NCBI GenBank assembly: GCA_009103225.1
Contig: RHPI01002503.1
Location: forward strand, 935,585-999,584
Origin: Chlorokybus atmophyticus
Lineage: Eukaryota > Plantae > Mesostigma and Chlorokybus algae
Direction: 5' to 3'
Length of the DNA: 64,000 bases
The translations under genes and the position numbers were made by a program. The notes under the pieces were generated by a model. The model searched no databases, had not been told where the DNA came from, and was given only the letters and a program-made list of their open reading frames with translations. Position 1 is the stretch's first letter. Every line of letters begins with the position of its first letter. Shown here piece by piece: positions 28,010 through 39,169 of this stretch.

Positions 28010-29766
28010 TGCCAGCACAGTTGTGCAATTGTACTTGCCGTGCAAAAACCTGCGCATGTTGCAAACCAAGTACAGATCACTTGCCATCCGTCCATGCATG
28101 GGAGAGGTCATTGTTCAAAGGAGGCCCTTGTATAGTTGGGTAGGTGGCGGTGGCTTATAGGCTCATGTTCTGTAGTATCAGTAATCAGCCAAGCCAGTCT
28201 TGTCTCAACACATGCCGCTCTGCCACGAATAGCGTTGCGTCAGATTTGGCGTGCATGTTGATATCCTGCTTCGATGACGCTGCCCAATCAGTCACGCACC
28301 TAGCAAGTTTGTCAATGGGCATTTGCGCTGCAACTCTGTGAGCTGGTCCAGTAGTCGTGTTGGACTGTGTGGCCTATGTTAGGGTTCCACTATGATTACG
28401 CTGCGACACTGCAGTTCTTGTGCATATTGTCTGATGCTGGCAGTAACAATGACCTGGATGGGTTGCCAACCACTCCAGCTTGCAAAACAGCAGGGGCTCT
28501 CTTATGCGACAGTGGCGCTGCTGCAGGTAACCATGAATGCAACACGTGCATGCATGACTAACAGGGGTCGTAGATGTAGACGTAGAGTAAGTAGCCTGGT
28601 GGTTGTATGTAGCAACGAGGTGAGTGTTTGCTGCAGAGTGCTGCATGCGTGATGTGGTCTAAATGGGCATACCCCTCTTGCATTTCCTTTACATACAAGT
28701 GTTGGCTGGCAGTGCTGCCACCATACCTTGCAATCCGCAATCCGCACTCGCCATCAGAAAACAGAGCAATGGCACAAAGACGTAACAGTTAAATAGCCAA
28801 AGGGCTATGCAAGGGGTCCAATGCAATGGCGGAATGATCAACGACAACTTCATTTCAACACGCGAGATGCAGTAGCTGTGCCTGCAGTGCAATCCTTGCA
28901 ACAACAGCATTAGCTTATGTGCAGATTACAACACAATAGCAACAACATGCTAAGGGGCTAGGTTCCTGTGCAAGTGCAAGTGCAAGGACAGGCGCGGACA
29001 GGGCAAGGCCAAAGGCAGGCTGAGGGGTTCCGCCCAAATATACCTGAGCGAAGCAGAGCAGGGATACATAACACACAAGACTTGCGTGTAGCATACCCCG
29101 AAGTGTAGGATTGAAAACCGTGCACAAGGCAGTAAGCAAGCAAGCAAGCAAAGCACAAGATTAAGTGGGAGCCAAGACAGAGTTAAACCTACTACTACAC
29201 CCTACACTCAACTAGACCCCGAACCCTCAAGTCGATGCAGTAGCAGGGTGGGACAGCTAGCAAGGCAGCAGTTGGACGACCTGCAGAATGTAGGGACATG
29301 CCAATTTCAAGAAACAACACGATACAGTTTACAATCCATTACGCAAGGTGACATGGAGTTCATACATCTGTTGGAAACCCAACCTTTTGTAAGGCCATCA
29401 TAAGGTGAGTCACAATAGGAAAGAGGTCACATGTCATGTCACAGTTAAGCTTGTGCTGCATATCAATAGGACATAACCATTCGTTAATGTTGCTAATGAG
29501 AGTTCATCAGCAACAACATTGAGGAATGAGTACTCAATGTGAGAGTATTTGTAAAAAGATCATACACATTGGTTGGGACTTGCATGTATGCATAGAGGTT
29601 TCGTCGTAACCAACGGCTACATTGCATATAACAAGAATTTACAGCACGTATTGCGTGGTTAGCATCATGATAAAACAAGAAACCCTTTGTAGCATATTGC
29701 GGATATATTTGCTATGCTTAATATCGTACATCGAGATCAACTGGTTGATTGCAATACCATGCTAAC

Positions 29767-29838
29767 CGTGCTCAATACCGCGTATACGGTACAAAATATG
29801 TAAATGTGCTCAATATCGTATATGCGGTACTGAGCACG
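29767..29838. repeat. 20-bp imperfect inverted repeat (2 mismatches) with a 32-nt spacer
   Basis: cgtgctcaataccgcgtata ... tatatgcggtactgagcacg. Confidence 0.75.
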
Positions 29839-31416
29839 ATCAGCAATGTAATGTACACAATCAACACGGTTAATGCGTTTTAAACACATACCACTTCATA
29901 TGCCAGTGCAAATGCGCATATAATTAATTTGGCTGATTGTGCAGACACGCTCACAATCAACACGAATGTGCACGCAGATGACAGCGCGCATGCATATACA
30001 CGCAATGACACAAGTGACTCCTTGCCAGGCCGTGACATCAAAGCACACGAGCGCACATATGAATGCGTTATGACACATCATACAATGCACATAAGCACAC
30101 ATGCATAAAACCCACATACTGTTGCTACTTAAGGTATGTCAACGGTATGATAGCTCGGCAGCTCACACCAACAATATATGATCAACGACTTACAAAGCTA
30201 GTGGTGCGGCTTTTGAAACTCTGCCGGCCGGCAACCCGTCGTCACACTCTTTTCAAGGGTCGGCGATAATGCCACGTGCGCCTAGGTTACGACTACACAT
30301 CACACTGTATGATAGGAAATGATGCCCTGAATATGATTATGCTATACTCATTGGTCGTTTCATCGATCTGTTTTCAGATTCATGCTAAAACCCGATCCGT
30401 GACATGTTACAATATTTTGTTATATGTTGCAATGTTTCGACATGTGTGTATATATGTCTTGCATATGTTTGGATATGTTGCTTGGTTGTATGCAGCGTCG
30501 GCAATGCGGTGGGTGGAAGGTCCTCGCCATCTTGTCGCGAGGTTTGTGTTGCTGTTGGCCTTGGTGTTGTATTCGTTTGCTTTGTTGTTTATATGTGCGT
30601 GGGCAAATGACGTTTTCGGGTGTGAGGAAGCCAGAGGTTGCATGTGTTGTGGGCGACACCTGTGTGAAAAGCAACGCAGAACTTTGGTGTGTCTCTAATA
30701 ATGCATATGTTGCCATCAATTGCGAGCCTTTCCATTTTTGCGACTACTTTGAAGCGTTCGGGCAAATGGCAAGTGTCTATGGTTGTGTTGACGCTGTGGA
30801 GTGTCTGCTCTGTCTGTTAGAGCGATATGTTGTCGTCATAAAGCGGTTTGCTGCTGAGCATTTTAATGTTCAAAACTTACCTTCAGAGGCGGAAATAAAC
30901 ATGCTTGTATAATTCTTACAAATGGCTTATACGGAGCTGCGAGAGCGCCGTGATATTTGGAAGCAGAAATTCCAGTTGTTGCGCATGGATGCATAAACCA
31001 AGCTTATGTAAATTCCCTGAATTGCATTGCGTCGATATAGATGTAGTGTATGGACCAATTAATTATGTTAATGGCTCTTTCATGTACGGTTGTTACTTGA
31101 GTCTGCGTAGCTGCATCTCATGTTGATGTGCTCAGCTTACTTATGTCTTATGAAAACGATGTTATGCAACACGAACACATGTGTTATGTACAAGTGTGCT
31201 ATGGCTACCCGAGTCACTATTGGCCATTTCATCAATATGACATTTGCAAGGTCAGTCACACTGCATTGTACATGTGCACACCGTCATTACAGACACACTA
31301 GCTGCCATAGCATCAGTCGTCATCTGGTGCGAGGGAAGTGCTTGCCCCCGGATGTTCTGGGTTGTGGTCCTGCGTCATTGGTCCAGGTCATCGTCATCGT
31401 CGTCGCTTAAGATCAT

Positions 31417-31671
31417 TTATTGGGGCTGCCCTGGTTGCGGTGGTTGATACAAAATGATCAGTCGGAAGCGGCGACAGACCGGGCACTCAACTTGAGGATG
31501 AGGACCGCTGCGCAGTTTGTGTAAACACTGCTTGCATAACGGATGCCCGCAACATGGCAGCAGCAGCATCTCTGCGAGGTTTTTCTTGTCGTAGCAGCAC
31601 ACACAAGGTAAATTGTTGGGTCGAGGAGAGTCGAGGGTCACACTGTCTCGGGCCGCTGCAGGGAAAGACAT
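31417..31671 (-). CDS. Small C3HC4 RING-finger ORF immediately 3' of the DNMT-gypsy pol
   Basis: CVCCYDKKNLAEMLLLPCCGHPLCKQCLHKLRSGPHPQVECPVC fits RING spacing; after the TAA an in-frame MILSDDDDDDLDQ follows. Confidence 0.65.
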   Translation of the reverse strand: MSFPAAARDSVTLDSPRPNNLPCVCCYDKKNLAEMLLLPCCGHPLCKQCLHKLRSGPHPQVECPVCRRFRLIILYQPPQPGQPQ

Positions 31672-31882
31672 GCTAGCCCTGCTGCTGCAATATGTTATAA
31701 CATGTAGCAAAAGTAAAACATAACCCAGCTCGTATGGCGAGGAGTGCTTGGTGGAGCTGCTCCGCTGTCGCTGAGTCACACGGACATGTGGAGGCGGCGT
31801 CCTCTTTTTAGTGTACATGCGTTGCTGTAGGACACACAGTCAACAAGCCACCCCCCCTGAGCTTCTGAGGAGGTTCCAGCTG

Positions 31883-33310
31883 TTAACGCAGGTGAGGAGG
31901 ACCGTTGGTGCGGCAATCGTCACACCAGTATTCCTCCATGGGTATTGCGTCCAATGGGGGCTCCAGACAGTAGCAATCCAGGCCCTTGTTGCAGCCATCG
32001 CAGAGCATCATGAGTGCGTTGTCGCCGGCACTGCCGCATCGTTCACAGCGTGTGCTGCGGGCGGGGTGAGGGTGCTGGATGCGCGCGAAGCCCGCTATGT
32101 AAGGAAGGTGACATGGCGCGCAGTTCACCATGGTGTCTTTCAACCTCTCGCCGTTCCGATCAAGGAGGTCCAGCACTCCTGTGGGGTACACCTTGAGTAT
32201 CTTGTAGACGGTGCGGCCCACGGAGGTGTCGAGCGTGTCCTTGGTGGCTGCCATGCGGTAGGCAAAGTCCTCTGCCTGAAACCGCCGTAGGCGCTCCGAG
32301 CGCGTGGGGAGCGGCTTCTACAACCTTGTAGAAGCCGTTCCGCACGCGCTCGTAGTGCAGGGTGTCGCGGTGATGTGCGATGCGCAGGCTGTTGAAGGCC
32401 ATCGGGACGGTGTGCTCGAACAGCGTGGCGCGTGTGGTAATGTCGTGGTGCATCCAATCGGGATCGTCGAGGTTGTTCACCACACGGTCTACTTCCTGCT
32501 GTGCACAAAAGGGAAGCAATGGCGGACGCCCAAATAGCAGGTAGTATGGGCTGTACTCGCGCAGAGCTGCCTGCTTTGACAATCGGTACCCAAGAGCCAC
32601 CCACGAAAGGTGGTCGCCCCTGGTGTTCTTCTCATACTCCAGCACGTATTTGCGGAGTGCCTTCTTAATAGTCTGTATCGTCCGCTCGGCGAGACCGTCG
32701 GCTTGAGGGTGGTCACGCAAAGTGCGGTGATGATCGATGTAGCATTTGTCCAGCAGGGTGTCGAACTCCCCTCTGAATTCCGTGCCCCGGTCGGTGACCC
32801 CAGCGCAGCTGCCGAACCGGTTGAGGACATGGGAGAAGAAGGCTTGAGACACCCTCCTGCTGCTCATGTCGGGTAATGGCACCAGCTCCACCCATTTGGA
32901 GCAGTGCTCGATCATGACCAGTATGTAGCGGTTGCCCCGTGTGGAGGGTGCCAAGTCTCTTAAGATGTCGTGACCCCAGCGATAGAACAGACCAAAGATG
33001 GGGAGTGGGTGCAAGGTGGCGCTGCGTGTGTTGAGGCTGGCGCGTACCATGTCACACTGCTAGCAGCGACTGATAAACCCCTGCACCTGTTTGAACAGCC
33101 CATATCACCAATATTGCGCCCTTACCAGGCTGACGGTACGCTTGACACCGAAATGTCCAAGCTCAGTGTGGAGGGCAGCGATGATGCCCTCGCGTGAGGC
33201 TGGTGTTGGCACCTCCTTGTCCTCGTCCTGGACGCGGCGATACACCTTGTCATCCGCCCAACGATAGTGGCGGGTGCGTTGACTGACACGATCTTTCTCT
33301 CGTGCACTCA
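31883..33310 (-). pseudogene. Integrase (HHCC and DDE core) with C-terminal PHD finger (31913-32047)
   Basis: LHTELGHFGVKRT...C*QC, TDRGTEF, HPQADGLAERTIQ; CERC...MLCDGCNKGLDCYCLEPPLDAIPMEEYWCDDC. Confidence 0.9.
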
Positions 33311-33479
33311 TGTTGGAGGGAAGCTAGCCACTTTGAAGGAAGGAGAGTGATGGCTTGTTCAATCATATGTCCTGCCTGGTGTCGTTGGGTGCCAGCTCGG
33401 TGTCGTCGACTTCGATGTCGATCGCGTGAACGTCCCTTAGGGGTGTGGTCACTGTGGGGCCGGTAGACTCAAGGGCTGG

Positions 33480-34900
33480 AATCTCCTTTGTCGTTGAGGT
33501 GGCGGTGGTATTGATCTGGCGCCCTGACCATACCGCGGCAACAGCAAACATAGCCGCCACGATGGGAGCTGCTGCTGCGGGGCCGAGCTCGTGCCGAGCT
33601 CCGGTTGCATTGCTGGTATTGCGGTGAGGGTTGCGACAGGCCATCAGCGTTCTGATTGGTGAGGCCGGCACGGTGGTTGATCTCGAAGTCATACTCCCGC
33701 AGCAACAGGGCCCCGCGAGCAGGTTTCCCTGTCAGATGTTGGTCATCAACCGCTTGAGTGGCTGATGATCGGTGATCAGCTGAAATTGTCGACCAAAAAG
33801 GAAAGGTCTGAGAAAGGAGATAGCCCACACTGCAGCGAGGCACTCCCCCTCACAGCTGCTGTAGTTGGCCTTAGCGCTGTTGTTGCCTCAGCTAGCATAC
33901 GACACCACCCGCTCCTTCTTGTTCTCATCGTGCTGAACAAGCACAGCCCCCATCCTAAGCTTGCTCCAGTTGATGTGGAGGATGAAGGGCTTGTTGTAGT
34001 CAGGACGTTGCAGGATGGGAGCAGTGGTGAGCCTGCCCTTTAGCTCCTCAAACGCCTGCTGTTGTGGCTCCTTCCACGCAAACTCCACTTCCTCTTCAGA
34101 AGCTCGTGAAGGGGTCGCGCGATCTTTGCGAAGTCCTTCACGAACCGGCGATGGTAGTTGGCCAGGCCTAGTAAGGCGCGCAGGCGCGTAAGGTTTGTCG
34201 GAGCAGGGATAGCCGCGAATGCCTCCACTTTTGCCTGCTGTACGCACTGTGGGGCACAATCATGTGCCCTAGGTAGGGTACCTTGCGAATGAATAAGGTG
34301 CACTTGTCGGGGTGTACTGTCATCCCTACCCCCTTGAGTCTCTCCAGCACTTCCTCGATGTACTGTAGGTGCTCTTCGTTGCTGCGGCTGAAGATGAGAA
34401 TGTCGTCAATGTAGCATCACGCAAAGTCCAGCCCCTATTAGGCTTTCTCCATGACGCGCTGGAACTTAGTAGGAGCATTCTTCAGTCCGAAGGGCATGAC
34501 CTTCCACTGGTACAGCTGCCGGTTGCCTCAAAAAGAGGTCTTGTGCTTGTCCTCCTCCTTAATGACGATCTGGTTGTACCCTTGTCGCATGTCCAGGATG
34601 CTAAAGACGGTACAGTCTCCTACATCATCAGAAATACCCTCTGCAGTAGGCATCGGATATCTGTCTTGTTTGGTTTTGTTGTTGAGGGAGCGATAGTCGC
34701 CGCACATACGCCGTTCTGTCTAGTTGCCTGCTGAATCCTTCTACAGGGGCATAATGATCGCGGCCGCAAAGTCCGATGTGAATTCCTCAATCAGGCATCT
34801 AGCAGAGCCTTGCACCTTTGCTCCACCAAGTCTTCTTCCAACTTGGAGAGTTGGTACTGTTGTCGAAACACCGGTTCGGTGTCCACCAACTCGATGTCCA
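33480..34900 (-). pseudogene. Reverse transcriptase and RNase H with stops and frameshifts
   Basis: RRMCGDYRSLN, ILDMRQGYNQI, VMPFGLKNAP, CYIDD (34402-34416), LLGLANYHRRFVKDF, LTTAPILQRPDYNKPF, ITDHQPL. Confidence 0.95.
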
Positions 34901-35179
34901 TTTAGTAAGCTGAGCAAACGCCCAATTCCTTCGCACAGAAGCTGAACTGACTCCTCCACTTGTTGAGGAGAGGGCCTCAAGTTGTTCTCGCGTTTGGCGT
35001 GTAGCCAGTGGTTCAATGGCATGGGACCAAGAGGTAGCGTTGGCGACTACTGAAATGTTGTCCATATGGGCGATTTCGAGGGCGGTGTGTGCCGCTTTGG
35101 TCTCTTGTATGCGGTCGGCCCACCCCCCCGCCAGGTGTTCGAGCTCCTGAAAGGACACATGGCGGTCTTTGAGAGCAAA

Positions 35180-36140
35180 GCATATTTCCAATAACCATGC
35201 CATGCTGTTCTGGTCCATGGCGCGTCCCAATAGCTGACGAAACTGATTGTCGGTCAGCGTGGAACCTGTGATACTACCTGGAGAGAATCCCATGACGCGA
35301 TCGTGCTCACGTGCATTGGGTTCCTCCAGTTGGCCTATGTTAGAATCCAACACCATGCCATCGCCGTGGTTGTGGAAGGCGTATGATCCTGGGTAAGACC
35401 CCAGAGTGGGGAGCGCACGATGTGGTTGACCAGACTGGTTGCACCTGTAAAAGTGCTGGTGATTGTGTCGGGTGACTGGTTGTGCTGTGCGCCCATGGTC
35501 CAGCATAGCGTCAACGGTGAGATCGCGTGGACGCCTGCTGTGCAGCTATTCAGCAGCAAAGAGATCCTCGATTGTAGCTAGGTTGGTCCACTTGGCGCGG
35601 ACGCAATGAGCATGGGAGCCATGCCGCGCTGCGTTGATTTTGAAAGAATGTCCCAGCGAGGATTGCGCCTGTCGAAAGCTGTTAGCCACGTGATGGCGCT
35701 CATCGTCTTCGAAGTGCACATTCTCAAGGATGTATCCCGGAGGCCTGAACAGCTGGTTGCTCTGCAGGATTTGATCACACGCATCAGTTCCCAAAACAAT
35801 CGTGAGCGAGGATCAGCGAGTCCTTGGCCGCTGCCTAATCTGGAGTGTCCTTGACACTCCCATCTTGCTATCAGCAGGTCGATGTTGCCCACCGCCAGGA
35901 GGTGATCCGCAGTGATTAAACGAATGTTCTGTGGCAGTGCCTTTTTACTGCCTTGCAGTGCCGATGGCGGCAGTCGCTGCAGGTAGCATTTGTGTAGGTG
36001 GCGCAGGTGGTGGCCCAGGGCAATCTGTGCGTGTGGATCAGGGTCACAGTAGAAGTACTTGGTGACCGTCGCGCCGGTATTGAGGACAGCGGCGAGGCCA
36101 CTACCTATTCCTCCAAATAGTTCCAACACGGTGATTCCTT
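35180..36140 (-). pseudogene. DNA (cytosine-5) methyltransferase domain embedded in pol
   Basis: Motif I VLELFGGIG, motif IV RWECQGHS (Cys at 35854-35856), motif VI ILENV, motif VIII AHCVRAKWTN, C-terminal EEPNAREHDRVMGF...LLGRAMD; one frameshift (about 35770) and one in-frame TAG (35546). Confidence 0.9.
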
Positions 36141-36469
36141 GTTGGCGACGGAATACGTGAAACTCCACTACTCCAGTAGCCACCTGGTGTTGCTGCTGGA
36201 CCGCAGCTTGGTTCTTGTAGAGAGGGAACCGTGAAGTGAGCTGTGGTCTAATCAGTAGTAGATATGCGACCACCTGTGCGGGCCAGCGGCGTTTCGCTGG
36301 TTTCTTGTGGGCCACTTCTTCGGTGGCATCTTCCTGAGCCTCGTCGTATGGGATAGGTGAGTCTTGGTTAGAGTTGTGGGTGACCACTGCAGATGATTTG
36401 TCAGTGGTTGTCGAACCCGACCTGTGGGTGGCTGTTGCGGCTGATCTATTAGTGGTTGTCGACAACAAC

Positions 36470-37066
36470 CTATAGGTGGGAGCGAGTGCGAGCCACGAGC
36501 TCGAGAGGCAGATATCCTTGAACCTCTCCATCCTCCCCATCCCCATGAGGACGAAACCATGCCTTCTCTGTCCAGCAATCTAGCCCCATGCCAATAGGGA
36601 AGTTGAAGGCCTGTCCAAACAACAGGTCGAAGGATCCTGCGTCGGTGACCACACACTTCTGTATAACCTCGGTACTGTGGGACGGGTCCACTCCTGTCAA
36701 GCAAATGCACTGGGCTTGCTTGGTGATGCCAATCTCCTTGTCGCGGCTGCCGGTTGCTATGTTGAGCACGTATGGGCACGGCATTAGCTCAGCGCTGGTG
36801 ATGCCAAGGTTGCGTGCGAGGTAACGTCCGATGATGACAGGCTGGGCTCCAGAGTCCAGCATCACCCGCTTGGGTGTTCGTCCATTGATAGTGACATGCT
36901 TGCCTTGGTTGGCGATTATGGCTGCGTTGGCGTGGATGCGCAGCCGCTTGAATTGTCGGTGTCGGTGTGTGCGTGGGGTGACTGCTGCTGCAATCTCATC
37001 CGGTGGCATCGAGCGCTGTGCGGCAAGCCCTTTGATCAGCTGGGTCTTGAGTGTCGAATGTATCAC
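36470..37066 (-). pseudogene. Retroviral-type aspartic protease
   Basis: VMLDSGAQPVIIG (DSG at 36848-36856) and SFDLLFG flap-like motif. Confidence 0.85.
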
Positions 37067-39169
37067 ATGTGTGATGCTTGTATCCGGTCAGCTTGCCCTC
37101 CACACAGGAGTCGGACGTCGAAGGTATGGGCTGAGCACGTGGACTCCGGACTTAGCAAGACGGTCAAGCCAGGACGGACTCCGGACCAGATGCTGAGTAG
37201 AGCGTTGGGAGAAACCACATAGCTTTGTGGATACGTAAGCTTAGTAGGCATGGCTTGTTGGAAAGCTCGAGTCGTGAGCTAAACATCGCAACTTAGAGCA
37301 CGTTAAAAGGCTGAGTATTGTGCACGCGGTGCTTGCAAATGTAGACGTGTGTAGAAACTAGCGGGGTATAAAATCCCTTGACTTGTATGACATTAATGGC
37401 AGTAGCAGTCATGCTCTTGTGTTGATGTTGTTGGCGTGTCACTTGCACGTGTGTATGCCAACATTGAGAACCTTTTTAACCGCGGCCTGGCCCGAACCGT
37501 CCTTGTCTTGGCTATTGATAAACACGCTGTGGCCTGGGTGCTGGCGGTGCTGCCTGTAGCTGCCCTGGTTGTGGTGCAGGGGGATTGCGCCCCTGTGTGG
37601 CTGGGGTTATTCCTGGCGGCGTAGCCAGTGGCTGTTGCGGAAACCCTGGAGGACAGGGTGTTTGTGGGCCCGCCTCCCGTGCAGCCTGCTCTTCCACTTA
37701 TGTCCAGCGTATTGCATGAGCTGCCTCTCTGACCAGTGTACCTTCCCATGTGGCTGTTGGGTTGTTAACCACGTCGCTCTAGCGGTGATTCTTACGCGTG
37801 GGCTGGAGATACACTGCGTGAAGGAGCCGCGCTCTTATATCGTGGGTGATGGTGGGAACCCTTAAGATCCCTGCCATGTAGGCATCTCATCTGCCATTGA
37901 CCACTCCCACCTCCAGCACCGTTGTTGCTCGCGCCCGCACAGTGAAATGAATCTCTGGCCATTGGACATGCTGCCCATAAGCAGCTGCGATGCGTCCGCG
38001 CTGCTTCCACCCCTGGCAACCTGAGTATGGCCTCTTGTGCTCCTTTTAAGGTGTCAGTGGCTGCCGAGGCAACCTCGTCTTATTGCCGTAGCGAGCGCCG
38101 GATGGCGTCCAACCAGAACAATCTGTTGTCGAAGGCGAACAGGGGGACTGCGGGGTGATTGGTGACTAGCCAAGTCACCAGTCTTGCTTGAGTTGCATTA
38201 CCACCTTCTCGCATCCCCAACATCCATCTAAGGCCGATGCCTTCTTGTCGGTGCAGCATGGTTGCTTGTCGCAACAGGGCAGTGCGAAATTGCTGTTCCC
38301 CAATTTAACCTGCTCCATCTCGTTGTGTCCACCCTTGCGGTGTGAGGTAGCCTCTCCCTTGATCACGTTGATTGTTAGGCAAGTCTTCTAACAAGGCGGG
38401 TAGCAGCGGGGCGATTACCCCCCTGGTTTGTTGGGCCAGCGCCCTCGTCTGGTCAATGTCGGGCCCACCAACGAGAGGTGTCGTACTACATGATGGGCCA
38501 GCGGCTGTGGGTTAAAGAACGCCAGTATGAGCAAGGGCGTGCGCTCTTGCGTTGATTGCTGCCGCTTGGTCCTGTCGCCAGGTGAACACCTGTTCCAACG
38601 CGGTGCGCTGATGAAGTCGAACGGTATTGAAGGGGCTCAGTGCTTCGTTGTCACCCAGAGGCATGTCGGCTGTATCAGCGATGTGCTGCTGTACGTTGGG
38701 TGGCCGGTCCCAATACGTGTCCAGTGGGCTAGGCTCAAAGGGTTTATGACGGACTGGTGCGGGTTGGTGTGGCGCCGTCTGCATGTCGTTATGCAGAGTT
38801 CAGAGCAGCTGCAGTGCCAACTCTAGTACAACAGGTGTTTTGACTACAAAGACACAGTCTCGCATGGGAGGTGCCGTGCCGGCGAGGATTTCATCCTCCA
38901 GTTGCCGCTGAGTTTAATCTAGCAGCGTGTGATATTCAGGCAGTGGGAAGACTCGGTCACTGCGTTCAACGCGTGTTGTGTGCTCCCCTCCGCGCCCAAA
39001 AGCAATGGTAGTGGGAGCTGCTCCACGCATGATGGTCTCCCAAGCACGCTCAGCTTGCTGACCTCGCGGGACAGCTTGAGTGACGTCGAGGGCGGGCAAT
39101 GTAGCTGCGCGTGTTGCTGTAGTGGCAGCAGGCTCGACGATGGCACTGCCGATGGTGGCGAGAGTGCCG

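Noticed and set aside
28950-29450. Candidate 3' LTR of the DNMT element
   Set aside because: No matching sequence found on the 5' side (48.4-50.4 kb).
30710-30990. Plus-strand segment faintly like CACTA transposase (GCVDAVECLLCLLERY)
   Set aside because: Too short and degenerate to call without a profile search.
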